NCBI GenBank assembly: GCA_965248595.1
Contig: CBDFJM010000007.1
Span: 383,133 to 447,132 of the forward strand
DNA: 64,000 nt
DNA from: Dehalococcoidia bacterium
GTDB lineage: Bacteria > Chloroflexota > Dehalococcoidia > Lucifugimonadales > SHYF01
Direction of reading: 5' to 3'
The notes beneath the pieces are model-generated. The model worked only from the letters and a program-made list of their open reading frames with translations, was not told where the DNA came from and searched no databases. Positions 53,787 through 62,645 of the stretch are shown piece after piece. The stretch's first letter is position 1. Every line of letters begins with the position of its first letter. The translations under genes were made by a program, and so were the position numbers.

Positions 53787-53796
53787 AGAAACAGAG
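53787..53796. repeat. Target-site duplication of IS element 52421-53786 (right copy)
   Basis: agaaacagag is identical to 52411-52420. Confidence 0.7.
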
Positions 53797-54638
53797 CCAG
53801 GACGACGGAAAGCCAGAATACCCATGAAATGGAGAACAGAATAATCAGAAGTCCGAAACCTAGTCCCCCGCGGGTCAGTAGGAACCGCAACTGACGATCA
53901 CTACTTGTGGAAGCCACTACAAGTGAGCCTGCTATGGCACCAATACCAACTGCCGCGGACAAAAGACCAAGGCCATCCGCACCGGTGTGGAAAACATCCC
54001 GCGCGAAAACGGGTAATACGGCTTGGTAAGGCATGTTGAATATGGCGACAACTACTCCCATTATGAGCAATCCAGAGAAAAGCTCCCTCTTCCGTACGTA
54101 GGTCAGCGCCTCCGTTATGTTACTGACAAAGGACCCTTGGCTAGTGGTCTCACGCCCCAAATCCCCTCGTGGGATCTTGACAAACAGCAGGAGGCCCAGT
54201 GCCGGAACCAGCGCCATGGAGGCGATCAGGGTCGTCGGCCCAACTCCGTAGGCGTTGACCAAGAAACCTGCTGGAGCGGGTCCTGCCAGCATCCCTGTGC
54301 TGAAGATCGTCGTGAACAATGCAACGCCGCTGGCCAGGTGTTTCTCGTCTACGATGTCAGGCACAGATGCCATTCTAGCTGGCATCGACACGGCAAACAC
54401 CAGCCCGTGCACGAAGGAGAGGAGAAAGATATGCCACACCTGAGCAATACCTGCCGTAATCAAGATACCCAACAGAAGCAGCACCACAAGATTCATGCCA
54501 TCTCCCAGGAGCAGGATCGAGCGGCGATTAAATCGGTCTGCCACAACGCCACCTATCGGAGATATGACCAACATAGGCAACATGGGTACTGCATTGATAG
54601 CGGTGACCATAAAGGGAGAGTCGGTAAGCTCCAGGATA

Positions 54639-54646
54639 ATCCATCC
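54639..54646. repeat. 8-bp target-site duplication of IS element 54647-56014 (left copy)
   Basis: atccatcc is identical to 56015-56022. Confidence 0.8.
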
Positions 54647-56014
54647 AGTAGAGTCCCAGGAAGTGGTGTAACAAGAGTAGAGGGTCTGGATGAAGAGAGA
54701 CCACCACGTCATCCTTAGCGGGCAAAGACGAGCCTGAGAAAGGAGGACAACGGTGGTCAAGGAAAGGATGGACCTGCTTGAGCTAATGCGCAAGAGGGGA
54801 GTCGACGGTGACGTGGACTTTCTACGAGAGGCACTGAGAGTGCTGGTCGAGGAGATCATGGAGGCTGATGTGTCATCGAGGACCGGCGCTGGGTATGGAG
54901 AACGCAACCCTGAGCGGGTGACCCAGCGCAACGGGTACCGGTCTCGAGCATGGGACACTCGCGTAGGGACCATGGAGTTGCAGATACCCAAGCTGAGGGA
55001 GGGGAGCTACTTTCCGAGCCTGCTGGAGCCACGGCGTCGCAGCGAGCGAGCTCTGCTGGCGGTGATCCAGCAGGCGTATGTGGAGGGTGTATCGACGAGG
55101 CGAGTGGATGATCTGGTCAAGGCTCTTTGGTGCGAGGGTATCTCAAAGAGCCAAGTGTCGCGTATCTGCCAGGAGCTGGACGGGGTGGTGGAGAGCTTCC
55201 TGGGTCGGCCGCTGGACGGCGGATCATATCCCTACCTGTGGCTGGACGCACTAACCCAGAAGGTCAGAGAGGCCGGTAGGATAGTCAACGTCAGCGTGGT
55301 GGTGGCGACGGCGGTCAATAGCGAGGGCAAGCGTGAGATCGTTGGGATGGACGTGGGTACCAGTGAAGACGGCGCCTTCTGGTTAGCCTTCCTGCGCTCA
55401 CTGTCGGCCAGGGGCCTCGGCGGGGTGGAACTGGTGGTATCGGACGCTCATCAGGGACTCAGGGATGCCATCGCAACTGTCTTCGGTGGGGCCAGTTGGC
55501 AGCGGTGCCGCACCCACTTCATGACCAACCTGCTCACTCGGGTCCCCAGGAGCGCTCAGCCCTGGGTGGCCACCATGGTACGCACCATCTACCAGCAGCC
55601 GTCCCCTCAGGAGGTGCATGCCCAACTCGAGCGGGTGATTGCTCAGCTCCAGGACCCGTTCCCACAGGTCGCCTCTCGACTGGACGAGGCTGGACCCGAC
55701 GTCCTGGCCTTCTCCAGCTTCCCACTCGCCCACTGGAAGAAGATCTGGTCCAACAACCCCCTGGAGCGTCTCAACAAGGAGATACGGCGCCGCACCGATG
55801 TGGTGGGCATCTTCCCTAACCGCCCAGCTGTCCGTCGCCTGGTCGGCGCCGTCCTAGCTGAGCAGCACGACGAGTGGGCCGTCGGCCGTCGATACATGAC
55901 ACAGGAGGTAACCACCTCCAACGAAGCTCTACCCAGAGCCGAACTCGCAGAGGCAGCGGCCTAGACGATATCAACAGGATGACGTACTCTTACACCACTC
56001 TATGGGACGTGACC
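54647..56014 (+). mobile_element. IS256-family insertion sequence (element 1, full length, 1368 bp)
   Basis: The left end agtagagtcccaggaagtggtgtaacaagagta and the right end (reverse complement) ggtcacgtcccatagagtggtgtaagagtac form imperfect inverted repeats. It has an 8-bp TSD, atccatcc. The first 812 bp are duplicated at 18003-18814. Confidence 0.85.
54753..55964 (+). CDS. IS256-family (Mutator-type) transposase, intact
   Basis: 403-aa ORF with blocks ..YLWLDALTQKV.., ..LVVSDAHQGLRDAI.., ..QRCRTHFMTNLL.. and ..SNNPLERLNKEIRRR... Confidence 0.9.
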   Translation: MVKERMDLLELMRKRGVDGDVDFLREALRVLVEEIMEADVSSRTGAGYGERNPERVTQRNGYRSRAWDTRVGTMELQIPKLREGSYFPSLLEPRRRSERALLAVIQQAYVEGVSTRRVDDLVKALWCEGISKSQVSRICQELDGVVESFLGRPLDGGSYPYLWLDALTQKVREAGRIVNVSVVVATAVNSEGKREIVGMDVGTSEDGAFWLAFLRSLSARGLGGVELVVSDAHQGLRDAIATVFGGASWQRCRTHFMTNLLTRVPRSAQPWVATMVRTIYQQPSPQEVHAQLERVIAQLQDPFPQVASRLDEAGPDVLAFSSFPLAHWKKIWSNNPLERLNKEIRRRTDVVGIFPNRPAVRRLVGAVLAEQHDEWAVGRRYMTQEVTTSNEALPRAELAEAAA

Positions 56015-56022
56015 ATCCATCC
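56015..56022. repeat. 8-bp target-site duplication of IS element 54647-56014 (right copy)
   Basis: atccatcc is identical to 54639-54646. Confidence 0.8.
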
Positions 56023-56458
56023 ACGGGCCACTATCATCATGAAGAAAGAGATGATGGATAGCAGTGATGCACTCCAAAGGAGTCGGTATTGCGGATTCTC
56101 GAATGCCCTCAAAGGGCCTTTATTGAACACTGAATCAGCTCCAAAGTGGTCGTTCTTGGTCCAAAACGGAAGCACATGCCATGGGCTGCCTCAACGTTGC
56201 TGGCACATGCTTCAGCTACCTTACAATTGATAGCTTCGGGGGGCTCGTCTATGCCGATACTGCAAGTAACTTTCCGTTTCCCAGTGATGGCCCACTATAC
56301 GGTACAACACGTGAAAGCTATTTGTCGAATGGCCAGAAGTGGTAACTGGCTCTTCAGGCAGCTTGCAGGTCTTGGCTCGATAGTCGAGGTATCGAGTCCT
56401 GCACGACCAATAGAAGTAATTTTGCCTCGTCCCCTACTGGAACGCACCTTCTCATATT

Positions 56459-56467
56459 TGCTATAAT
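56459..56467 (+). promoter_or_regulatory. Extended -10 promoter element upstream of the CADD-like gene
   Basis: TGcTATAAT at 56459-56467. The SD gggagga lies just downstream, before the ATG at 56496. Confidence 0.35.
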
Positions 56468-56495
56468 TGAGCTTATTCCGCGCATGGGAGGAACG

Positions 56496-57179
56496 ATGTC
56501 TGTAGACCTGCTTTCCCGCCTCAAAGCTCGCATAGAGGAAAAGAGCCTCCTCAGGCACCCTTTCTACCAGGATTGGCAAGCTGGCAAGCTCACTTTAGAT
56601 GACCTCCGTACCTATGCCGCCCAGTACTACCAGTTCGAGTCTAACTTCCCAGTTATGCTCAGCGCCATCCATAGCCGCTGCCCGGACCCGGAGGTTAGGC
56701 AAATCATCCTCGACAACCTCTGGGACGAAGAGCATGGTCCCCGTAACCACGCCCACCTGTGGCTCCAGTTCGCCGCCGGCCTCGGCCTTACCAAGAGCGA
56801 CGTCCTCCACGCCCAGGTCTTTCCCGAGACCCAGTACATGGTAGACACGCTCAAGGGGCTTACGAGCACCGGTCCCTACCAGGAAGGCTTGGCCGCCATG
56901 TATGCCTACGAGGCCCAGGTCCCCGCTGTCGCGGCAGAAAAGGTCCGCGGCCTCCAGGAGTCCTATGGCATCACATCTCCAGAGGCCCTCGAGTTCTTCA
57001 ACCTCCATATGGGCCTAGACATTGAGCACTCAGAAAACGAGGCCAAGGCGATCGTTGGCAGGCCCCTCACGCCCGAGCAGGAGCATGGTGTGGAGATCGC
57101 GCTCGACCGCGCTCTGGACGCCATATGGGGCTTCCTCGACGGCGTGCAACGTATGCGTGCTCTCACCGCAAGCGCCTAG
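56496..57179 (+). CDS. CADD (CT610)-family heme-oxygenase-like di-iron protein (candidate alternative pABA synthase)
   Basis: MSVDLLSRLKARIEEKSLLRHPFYQDWQAGKLTLDDLRTYAAQYYQFESNFPVMLSAIHSRCPDPEVRQIILDNLWDEEHGPRNHAHLW.. aligns by eye along its length with remembered C. trachomatis CT610. The E-x6-H, YAYEAQ and H-x3-D-x2-H ligand motifs are present. Confidence 0.7.
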   Translation: MSVDLLSRLKARIEEKSLLRHPFYQDWQAGKLTLDDLRTYAAQYYQFESNFPVMLSAIHSRCPDPEVRQIILDNLWDEEHGPRNHAHLWLQFAAGLGLTKSDVLHAQVFPETQYMVDTLKGLTSTGPYQEGLAAMYAYEAQVPAVAAEKVRGLQESYGITSPEALEFFNLHMGLDIEHSENEAKAIVGRPLTPEQEHGVEIALDRALDAIWGFLDGVQRMRALTASA

Positions 57180-57302
57180 CGCATAAGCGGCGTCATCCGC
57201 AAGCCCCCCGGTTATTCCATAGGCTGTTCTATAACGTATGGCTTGCGCATTCCATCCCATCGCCTTAGCCTTCTGGGATGCAGCGCAGATGCCACTTTGG
57301 GA

Positions 57303-57331
57303 TTGACATCCGTATTAGGAATCCGCATACT
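57303..57331 (+). promoter_or_regulatory. Sigma70-type promoter of the TetR gene
   Basis: TTGACA (57303-57308), a 17-nt spacer, then CATACT (57326-57331). Confidence 0.4.
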
Positions 57332-57341
57332 CATGTCGATA

Positions 57342-57353
57342 GACCGAACGGTC
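57342..57353. promoter_or_regulatory. Candidate TetR operator palindrome
   Basis: GACCGaaCGGTC is a perfect inverted repeat lying between the -10 and the start codon at 57370. Confidence 0.3.
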
Positions 57354-57369
57354 GGTTTAGAGATATGAT

Positions 57370-57975
57370 ATGCGCTCCAGCCCTTCCATAGACACCCGCG
57401 AACGAATCCTAGATGCCGCCGTAGAGGTGGTGGCCCAGCGGGGCTACTCTGCAGCCAGCGTCCAGGAGATCGTGGATCGCTCTGGCACCTCCAAGGGGAG
57501 CTTCTATTTCCATTTCCATGGCAAAGAAAAGATGGTTATGGTGTTGGTAGACCGGATGAGCGAGAAGCTGCTCAAGAAGATCCACGACTCCATTCGGCAC
57601 CAACCTACACCGGTGCATCGCGTAGCCGCTGGGATAGAGGTGCTGATGGCCACATTTGGCCGCCAGCGTAAGGTTGCCCAAGTCCTGTTGCTGAACATTA
57701 TGGGTCATGGCAAAGCCGTAGACAAAAAGTTCCTACCCATGCGCGACCGGTTCGCGGAACTTATCCAGCAGGAGTTGGATGCGGCGGTGGCCCAGGGGCA
57801 GATCGCTCCCCAGGACACGGCTCTGCTTTCACGTATGTGGGTGGGATCGCTACAGGAAGTGATTATGCGATGGCTACTGACCGGCCAGCCCAGTCACCTG
57901 ACAGATGCCACACCATCTTTGCGCTCAGCCCTGCTGAGGAGCATTGGTGTTGACCCTGCCGCCATCCAGACCTAG
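57370..57975 (+). CDS. TetR/AcrR-family transcriptional regulator
   Basis: 201-aa ORF with the N-terminal HTH ..RERILDAAVEVVAQRGYSAASVQEIVDRSGTSKGSFYFHF... Confidence 0.85.
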   Translation: MRSSPSIDTRERILDAAVEVVAQRGYSAASVQEIVDRSGTSKGSFYFHFHGKEKMVMVLVDRMSEKLLKKIHDSIRHQPTPVHRVAAGIEVLMATFGRQRKVAQVLLLNIMGHGKAVDKKFLPMRDRFAELIQQELDAAVAQGQIAPQDTALLSRMWVGSLQEVIMRWLLTGQPSHLTDATPSLRSALLRSIGVDPAAIQT

Positions 57976-58094
57976 CCCACACTACATAGAAGCTCGGATG
58001 CGATTATTCCGCCAGAAGGCCGACACCTATGCATGATTCTTCGTCCTGATGAATTAGGACTCAGAATTACAATGGGACCAAGGCAAATACAAGA

Positions 58095-59498
58095 ATGGTT
58101 TTTGGCTTAATGTCCGGCGTTCATACAAAAGAGTTGCTCGACCACCTGCGGCTTGGTGGGGAGAAGGCGGACGCATTGGGCCGCCCCGTCCTGGTCAGCA
58201 TCGCGCAACCTGGGCCAGAAGATGGAACTGCTTTGTCCATTTTCGGCGCGAGGGGACATCAAAACATCTACCGCAGCTTTTGGGCGCGGCCTTCCCGTGA
58301 GTTCTGGCTGGTAGGCATCGGGACTGCCACCGCGATTACCGTCAACGATGAACGGCCTATTGATGAAGCGAGACGAGCACATAGGTCGCTTCTTGAATCG
58401 GCGGTGGTTAGCGGCCCAGGAATACAAGGAGTTGGCCCGCTCTTCTTTGGTGGCTTCCGGTTTGATCCCAGCGCGGTCAGGAGCGAGCTCTGGAGGGATT
58501 CCCCGGGCGGGCTTTTGGTGCTTCCCAAGTTTCTCTTTACGTTTTCCGGCGGCAGCCGCTGGCTGACCACGAACGTGATGATGAGGCCAAGGGCAGACCC
58601 GGAGGAAGAGGCCGAAGCAGCCCTGGCTGAGCTGGGGCAATGGCTGAACGGGGCGCATGTTCCCAGAGAGGTGCTCCCGGTCCTCCAAGTATTCCAGAGT
58701 CCCTGGAATGAATGGGAACAATGGGTGCGACAGTCCCTCCAGGCCATTGAAAATGGCCACCTTACAAAGGTAGTGCTGGCGCGCAAAATGACATTGCAGG
58801 CGGATGACGAGTTCTCTTTGGAGGCTGCTCTGTCATGCCTATCTAGCGCCTACCCAGACTGTTCGGTCTTTGCTATGGATAACGGGGCTTCGAGCTTCGT
58901 GGGGGCCTCTCCTGAATCAATCGTGCATCTGAATAAAGGCATCCTGAGCGTCTCATGCCTGGCCGGCTCCATAGCCCGGGGTGCTACGTCGGAGCAGGAC
59001 CAGCAACTTGCCGCCCAGCTTCTGGCTAGCGCCAAAGACAGGCGCGAACATGATGCGGTAGTAGCAATGATAGCGGAGACCCTGAGCAGAGCGTGTGATG
59101 ATATTCACTGGGATGCTACCCCACAGGTCGTGAAGCTGCGCACAGTACAGCATCTGGCCACCTTCTTCACGGGTCGTCCTAAGGCGCCGAATGACATCTT
59201 GGCTCTGGTGGAGATGTTGCATCCAACTCCTGCTGTGGCTGGCGTCCCCACACCCAAGGCTATGGAGACCATTCGCCGGCTTGAGGGAGACCGCGGCTGG
59301 TACGCGGGCCCCGTCGGGTGGCTCGACAATCATGGGGAAGGTGAGTTCAACGTTGCCATTCGTTCCGCTCTAATCCGCGGGAAACAGGCTACTCTGTTTG
59401 CCGGGTCGGGAATTGTAGGAGGTTCCGAGCCAGACATGGAGTTCAAAGAGACTGAGATGAAGTTCCAGCCGATGCTGGCCGCACTGCGAGGGTTCTGA
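58095..59498 (+). CDS. menF: Isochorismate synthase (menaquinone-specific)
   Basis: 467-aa chorismate-binding enzyme with ..GASPESIV.., ..AGSIARG.., ..LHPTPAVAGVP.. and ..GWYAGPVGW... It is followed directly by menD. Confidence 0.85.
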   Translation: MVFGLMSGVHTKELLDHLRLGGEKADALGRPVLVSIAQPGPEDGTALSIFGARGHQNIYRSFWARPSREFWLVGIGTATAITVNDERPIDEARRAHRSLLESAVVSGPGIQGVGPLFFGGFRFDPSAVRSELWRDSPGGLLVLPKFLFTFSGGSRWLTTNVMMRPRADPEEEAEAALAELGQWLNGAHVPREVLPVLQVFQSPWNEWEQWVRQSLQAIENGHLTKVVLARKMTLQADDEFSLEAALSCLSSAYPDCSVFAMDNGASSFVGASPESIVHLNKGILSVSCLAGSIARGATSEQDQQLAAQLLASAKDRREHDAVVAMIAETLSRACDDIHWDATPQVVKLRTVQHLATFFTGRPKAPNDILALVEMLHPTPAVAGVPTPKAMETIRRLEGDRGWYAGPVGWLDNHGEGEFNVAIRSALIRGKQATLFAGSGIVGGSEPDMEFKETEMKFQPMLAALRGF

Positions 59499-59500
59499 AC

Positions 59501-61288
59501 ATGCGCTTCGAGAGCCGAAACTATGCTTTTGCTAGCGCTTTCGTGGAGGAGCTGGCCCGGTGCGGCCTGCGCCACGTCTGTATTTGTCCAGGCTCCCGTT
59601 CTTCCCCGCTAGCCATTAGCTTTGCCCGCCAGCCCACCATCAAGACGTGGGTCCATCTCGACGAGCGTTCTGCCTCCTTCTTCGCCCTGGGCATTGCTCG
59701 CTCCCTGGGAGAGCCGGTAGTCCTGGTCTGCACCTCGGGCACCGCCACAGCCAACTTCTACCCGGCGATAATTGAGGCCCGGCACAGCTTGGTGCCTGTC
59801 ATCGTCCTTACTGCGGACAGGCCTCCAGAGCTATCGGAGTGGGGAGCGCTACAAACAATAGACCAGGTCAGGATGTACGGGCCTCATGCCAAGTGGTCGG
59901 TGAATATGCCGCCACCCGAGGCCACCAGGGAGCTTATGGCCTTCGTGCGGTCAACCGCTTGTCGGGCCTTCACCACCGCTCTGGAGCCACCCTTAGGTCC
60001 CGTCCACGTCAATTTTCCATTCCGCGATCCCCTGGAACCAGTTCCAGTCCCCGATGATTTCCCTGACCTGGCTGAGGAGACAGCCGATGAGGCGTGGCAT
60101 GGCCGGGCAGATAGCGGTCCGTATATACGTGCCTCCCTTTCCGAACAGCGTCCCGTGCTGGACGATGTAGAGCGCCTGGCCACAGACCTGGCTTCGACAG
60201 AACGGGGCGTTATTGTCTGCGGCCCGCAGTCCGACCCGGAACTGGCCGGAAGCGTGTCCGCCCTAGCCAAGCGGCTCAACTACCCCATCTTGGCGGAACC
60301 CCTCTCGCAAGTAAGGTCAGGCTCTCATGATAGGTCTATGGTTGTGGACTGCTATGACGCCTTTCTGCGGGATTCAGACCTTGCGGCTGGATTGGCTCCG
60401 GAGTTGGTCCTCCGCTTTGGAGCGCTGCCCACCACTAAGACCATTAGCCACTACCTTGAGCGTCACCGCGCGGCGCGCCACATCTTGGTAGACACCGGAC
60501 AAAGCTGGAACGATCCGCTCCATGTCACATCGGATATGCTTCGTGTGGACCCCGTGCTCCTGTGCAATGGCATTGTCTCGTCCATAGAAGGGGGGCGTAC
60601 TCCGGGGCCGTGGGCAAGCCGCTGGCGTCAGGTGGCTACGGCGACCCGGGCAGCGATGGATAAGGAGATTGGCGGGTTCCAGCAGATGTTTGAAGGCAAA
60701 GTGTTCAGCGAGTTGGCGCGGCTTCTACCGGAGGACGCCACTCTTTTTGCAGGCAACAGCATGCCAGTGCGGGACGTGGACACCTTCTTCCCATCCGGGG
60801 CGAAGCGTATTCGCTTCATGACTAATAGGGGTGCTAGCGGCATAGATGGCGTCGTCTCCACGGCCCTGGGCGCTAGCGCCGTCCACAGGGGAAGGCTTGT
60901 GCTTGTCATTGGTGACATCTCCTTCTACCACGATATGAATGGCCTACTGGCCGCCAAGGCCTATGGCCTGGATGCAACCATCATAGTTATCAACAACGAC
61001 GGCGGCGGCATATTCTCGTTCCTTCCCCAAGCCGCCTACGAAGACGTCTTCGAGAAGTATTTCGGGACGTCCCACGGGCTGACCTTCCGCGCCACGGCTG
61101 AACTGTACAACTTAGGCTATCGTAAGGTTGAAGAGTGGCATCAGTTTAGAGAGGCGGTGATGGAGAGCGTGAGCCACAGTGGCACCGACATTATTGAAGT
61201 CCCCAGCGACAGAGCGTTGAACGTGGCCCTACATCGCCGGGTGTGGGCTGCCGTGGCATCCTCTGTTAAGGCAGCAGAAGGTAGTTAG
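59501..61288 (+). CDS. menD: 2-succinyl-5-enolpyruvyl-6-hydroxy-3-cyclohexene-1-carboxylate (SEPHCHC) synthase
   Basis: 595-aa TPP enzyme. The N-terminus ..NYAFASAFVEELARCGLRHVCICPGSRSSPLA.. is typical of MenD. It starts 2 nt after menF. Confidence 0.9.
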   Translation: MRFESRNYAFASAFVEELARCGLRHVCICPGSRSSPLAISFARQPTIKTWVHLDERSASFFALGIARSLGEPVVLVCTSGTATANFYPAIIEARHSLVPVIVLTADRPPELSEWGALQTIDQVRMYGPHAKWSVNMPPPEATRELMAFVRSTACRAFTTALEPPLGPVHVNFPFRDPLEPVPVPDDFPDLAEETADEAWHGRADSGPYIRASLSEQRPVLDDVERLATDLASTERGVIVCGPQSDPELAGSVSALAKRLNYPILAEPLSQVRSGSHDRSMVVDCYDAFLRDSDLAAGLAPELVLRFGALPTTKTISHYLERHRAARHILVDTGQSWNDPLHVTSDMLRVDPVLLCNGIVSSIEGGRTPGPWASRWRQVATATRAAMDKEIGGFQQMFEGKVFSELARLLPEDATLFAGNSMPVRDVDTFFPSGAKRIRFMTNRGASGIDGVVSTALGASAVHRGRLVLVIGDISFYHDMNGLLAAKAYGLDATIIVINNDGGGIFSFLPQAAYEDVFEKYFGTSHGLTFRATAELYNLGYRKVEEWHQFREAVMESVSHSGTDIIEVPSDRALNVALHRRVWAAVASSVKAAEGS

Positions 61289-61290
61289 CC

Positions 61291-62160
61291 ATGGAGCGTT
61301 TGGTAATCAACGGTGTCCATCTGAACGTAGAGGTCTCCGGGGAGGGGCCATACGTTATGGCCATTCATGGGTTCACGGGAAGCACTGCGACCTGGACGCC
61401 CCTGGCCACCGCTGCACAGAAGGAGTATACGGTCGTTGCAGTGGACATGTTGGGACACGGCGCCTCCGATGCGCCCAGCGACCCGAAACGGTATTCCATG
61501 GAACGTTGCGTCGAAGACCTGGAGGCGATCCTGGATCATATGGGAGTCGAACGAGTCCACTGGCTGGGCTATTCCATGGGCGGGCGTATCGCTTTGAGCG
61601 CCGCCATTTCACTTCCGCAGCGCACCAGCGCACTTATTGCAGAGAGCGCATCGCCAGGGTTAGCCACCGCAGTAGAGCGAGCGGCGCGAGTCCAGGACGA
61701 CGAGAAGCTGGCGGACTGGGCCGAGGAGGTGGGCATAGAACGGTTTACGGACTATTGGGGGGCAATACCTTTGTTCGCCAGCCAGGCACGCTTGCCTGCC
61801 GCTGTGCGAGACGGGCTACGGGCGCAAAGGCTGGTCAACACTCCTTTGGGGTTAGCCAATAGTCTCAGGGGCATTGGCACAGGGGCACAGCCTTCCATGT
61901 ATGAGCGTCTTTCCACTCTGGAGACCCCGGTCCTGTGGATCGCAGGAGAAGAGGACACGAAGTTTGCTGGCATAGCGCGCGACATGCACAGGCGGGTGCA
62001 AGGCAGCGAGCTACGCATCATCCCCAAAGCAGGCCATGTGGCGCACATGGAGCAACCCGGTGAGTTCAATCAGGCGGTCCTTGGTTTTCTGAGGGAGCAC
62101 CAACCGGTGTCTGGCAAGGCCTCACTGGCTCTTCCGGAGTCGGGAAGTCAACCTTGCTGA
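61291..62160 (+). CDS. menH: SHCHC synthase (alpha/beta hydrolase)
   Basis: 289-aa ORF with the nucleophile elbow GYSMGG and a C-terminal His region ..KAGHVAHMEQP... The last ~19 residues (QPVSGKASLALPESGSQPC) look like an out-of-frame reading of the next gene's 5' end. Confidence 0.8.
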   Translation: MERLVINGVHLNVEVSGEGPYVMAIHGFTGSTATWTPLATAAQKEYTVVAVDMLGHGASDAPSDPKRYSMERCVEDLEAILDHMGVERVHWLGYSMGGRIALSAAISLPQRTSALIAESASPGLATAVERAARVQDDEKLADWAEEVGIERFTDYWGAIPLFASQARLPAAVRDGLRAQRLVNTPLGLANSLRGIGTGAQPSMYERLSTLETPVLWIAGEEDTKFAGIARDMHRRVQGSELRIIPKAGHVAHMEQPGEFNQAVLGFLREHQPVSGKASLALPESGSQPC

Positions 62161-62615
62161 AAAGTGTAGGCCAGCACTTGAATGGGCAAAAGTTCAGTGG
62201 GTTCTTCAGCGATATGATCTGGGAGGGCAACGAGAGAAAAGGTTGGCGGCTAGATACCTTTGATGGGGACGGAGGAGTGCTTGCTCATTTAGATATGCAG
62301 TCGGAATATCACATGGGCAAGTATGGGGTGAACATGGTCCTGTTTGAGCGCCTGGTTGACTCTCAACTAGAACTGCGCGACCAGGCCGACATCTACTTGG
62401 TTGATGAGATAGGCATCATAGGGCTGTGGTCTCCCAAGTTTGTGAACTCTATGACAGAGGTTCTTGATTCTCCCAAGAAAGTCGTGGCGATTGTTCGTCA
62501 ACGCGGTGGTGGATTCGTGCAACAGGTTAAGGCGCATTCCGATGTGGAGATTTGGGAAGTGACCCGCGAGAACCGAGAGGAGTTACTTGTGCGAACTTTA
62601 GGGTGGATTACTTAA
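62154..62615 (+). CDS. THEP1-like NTPase (PF03266-type); 5' end anomalous
   Basis: The body (..GKYGVNMVLFERL..IYLVDEIGIIGLWSPKF..VVAIVRQ..IWEVTRENREELL..) matches remembered Aquifex THEP1. The Walker A (LTGSSGVGKSTLL) is encoded in the same frame at 62121-62159, but no ATG/GTG/TTG lies upstream of it in that frame; the first start codon is the TTG at 62154. Confidence 0.65.
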   Translation: MLKSVGQHLNGQKFSGFFSDMIWEGNERKGWRLDTFDGDGGVLAHLDMQSEYHMGKYGVNMVLFERLVDSQLELRDQADIYLVDEIGIIGLWSPKFVNSMTEVLDSPKKVVAIVRQRGGGFVQQVKAHSDVEIWEVTRENREELLVRTLGWIT

Positions 62616-62645
62616 AATTGCCCCACCATAATTTCCGCAATGTTA

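Larger units (their letters stand above)
52083..56175 (-). pseudogene. MFS transporter gene interrupted by two different IS256-family insertions
   Basis: The fragments 56175-56015 (..FENPQYRLLWSASLLSIISFFMMIVARGW), 54638-53797 (IILELTDSPFMVTAINAV....VVLALFL) and 52420-52083 (..GLVMQVSLTSNMTIMQVALPSSIRGRV..) join in frame. Counting each direct repeat once gives 1341 nt, or 447 codons. Confidence 0.8.
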
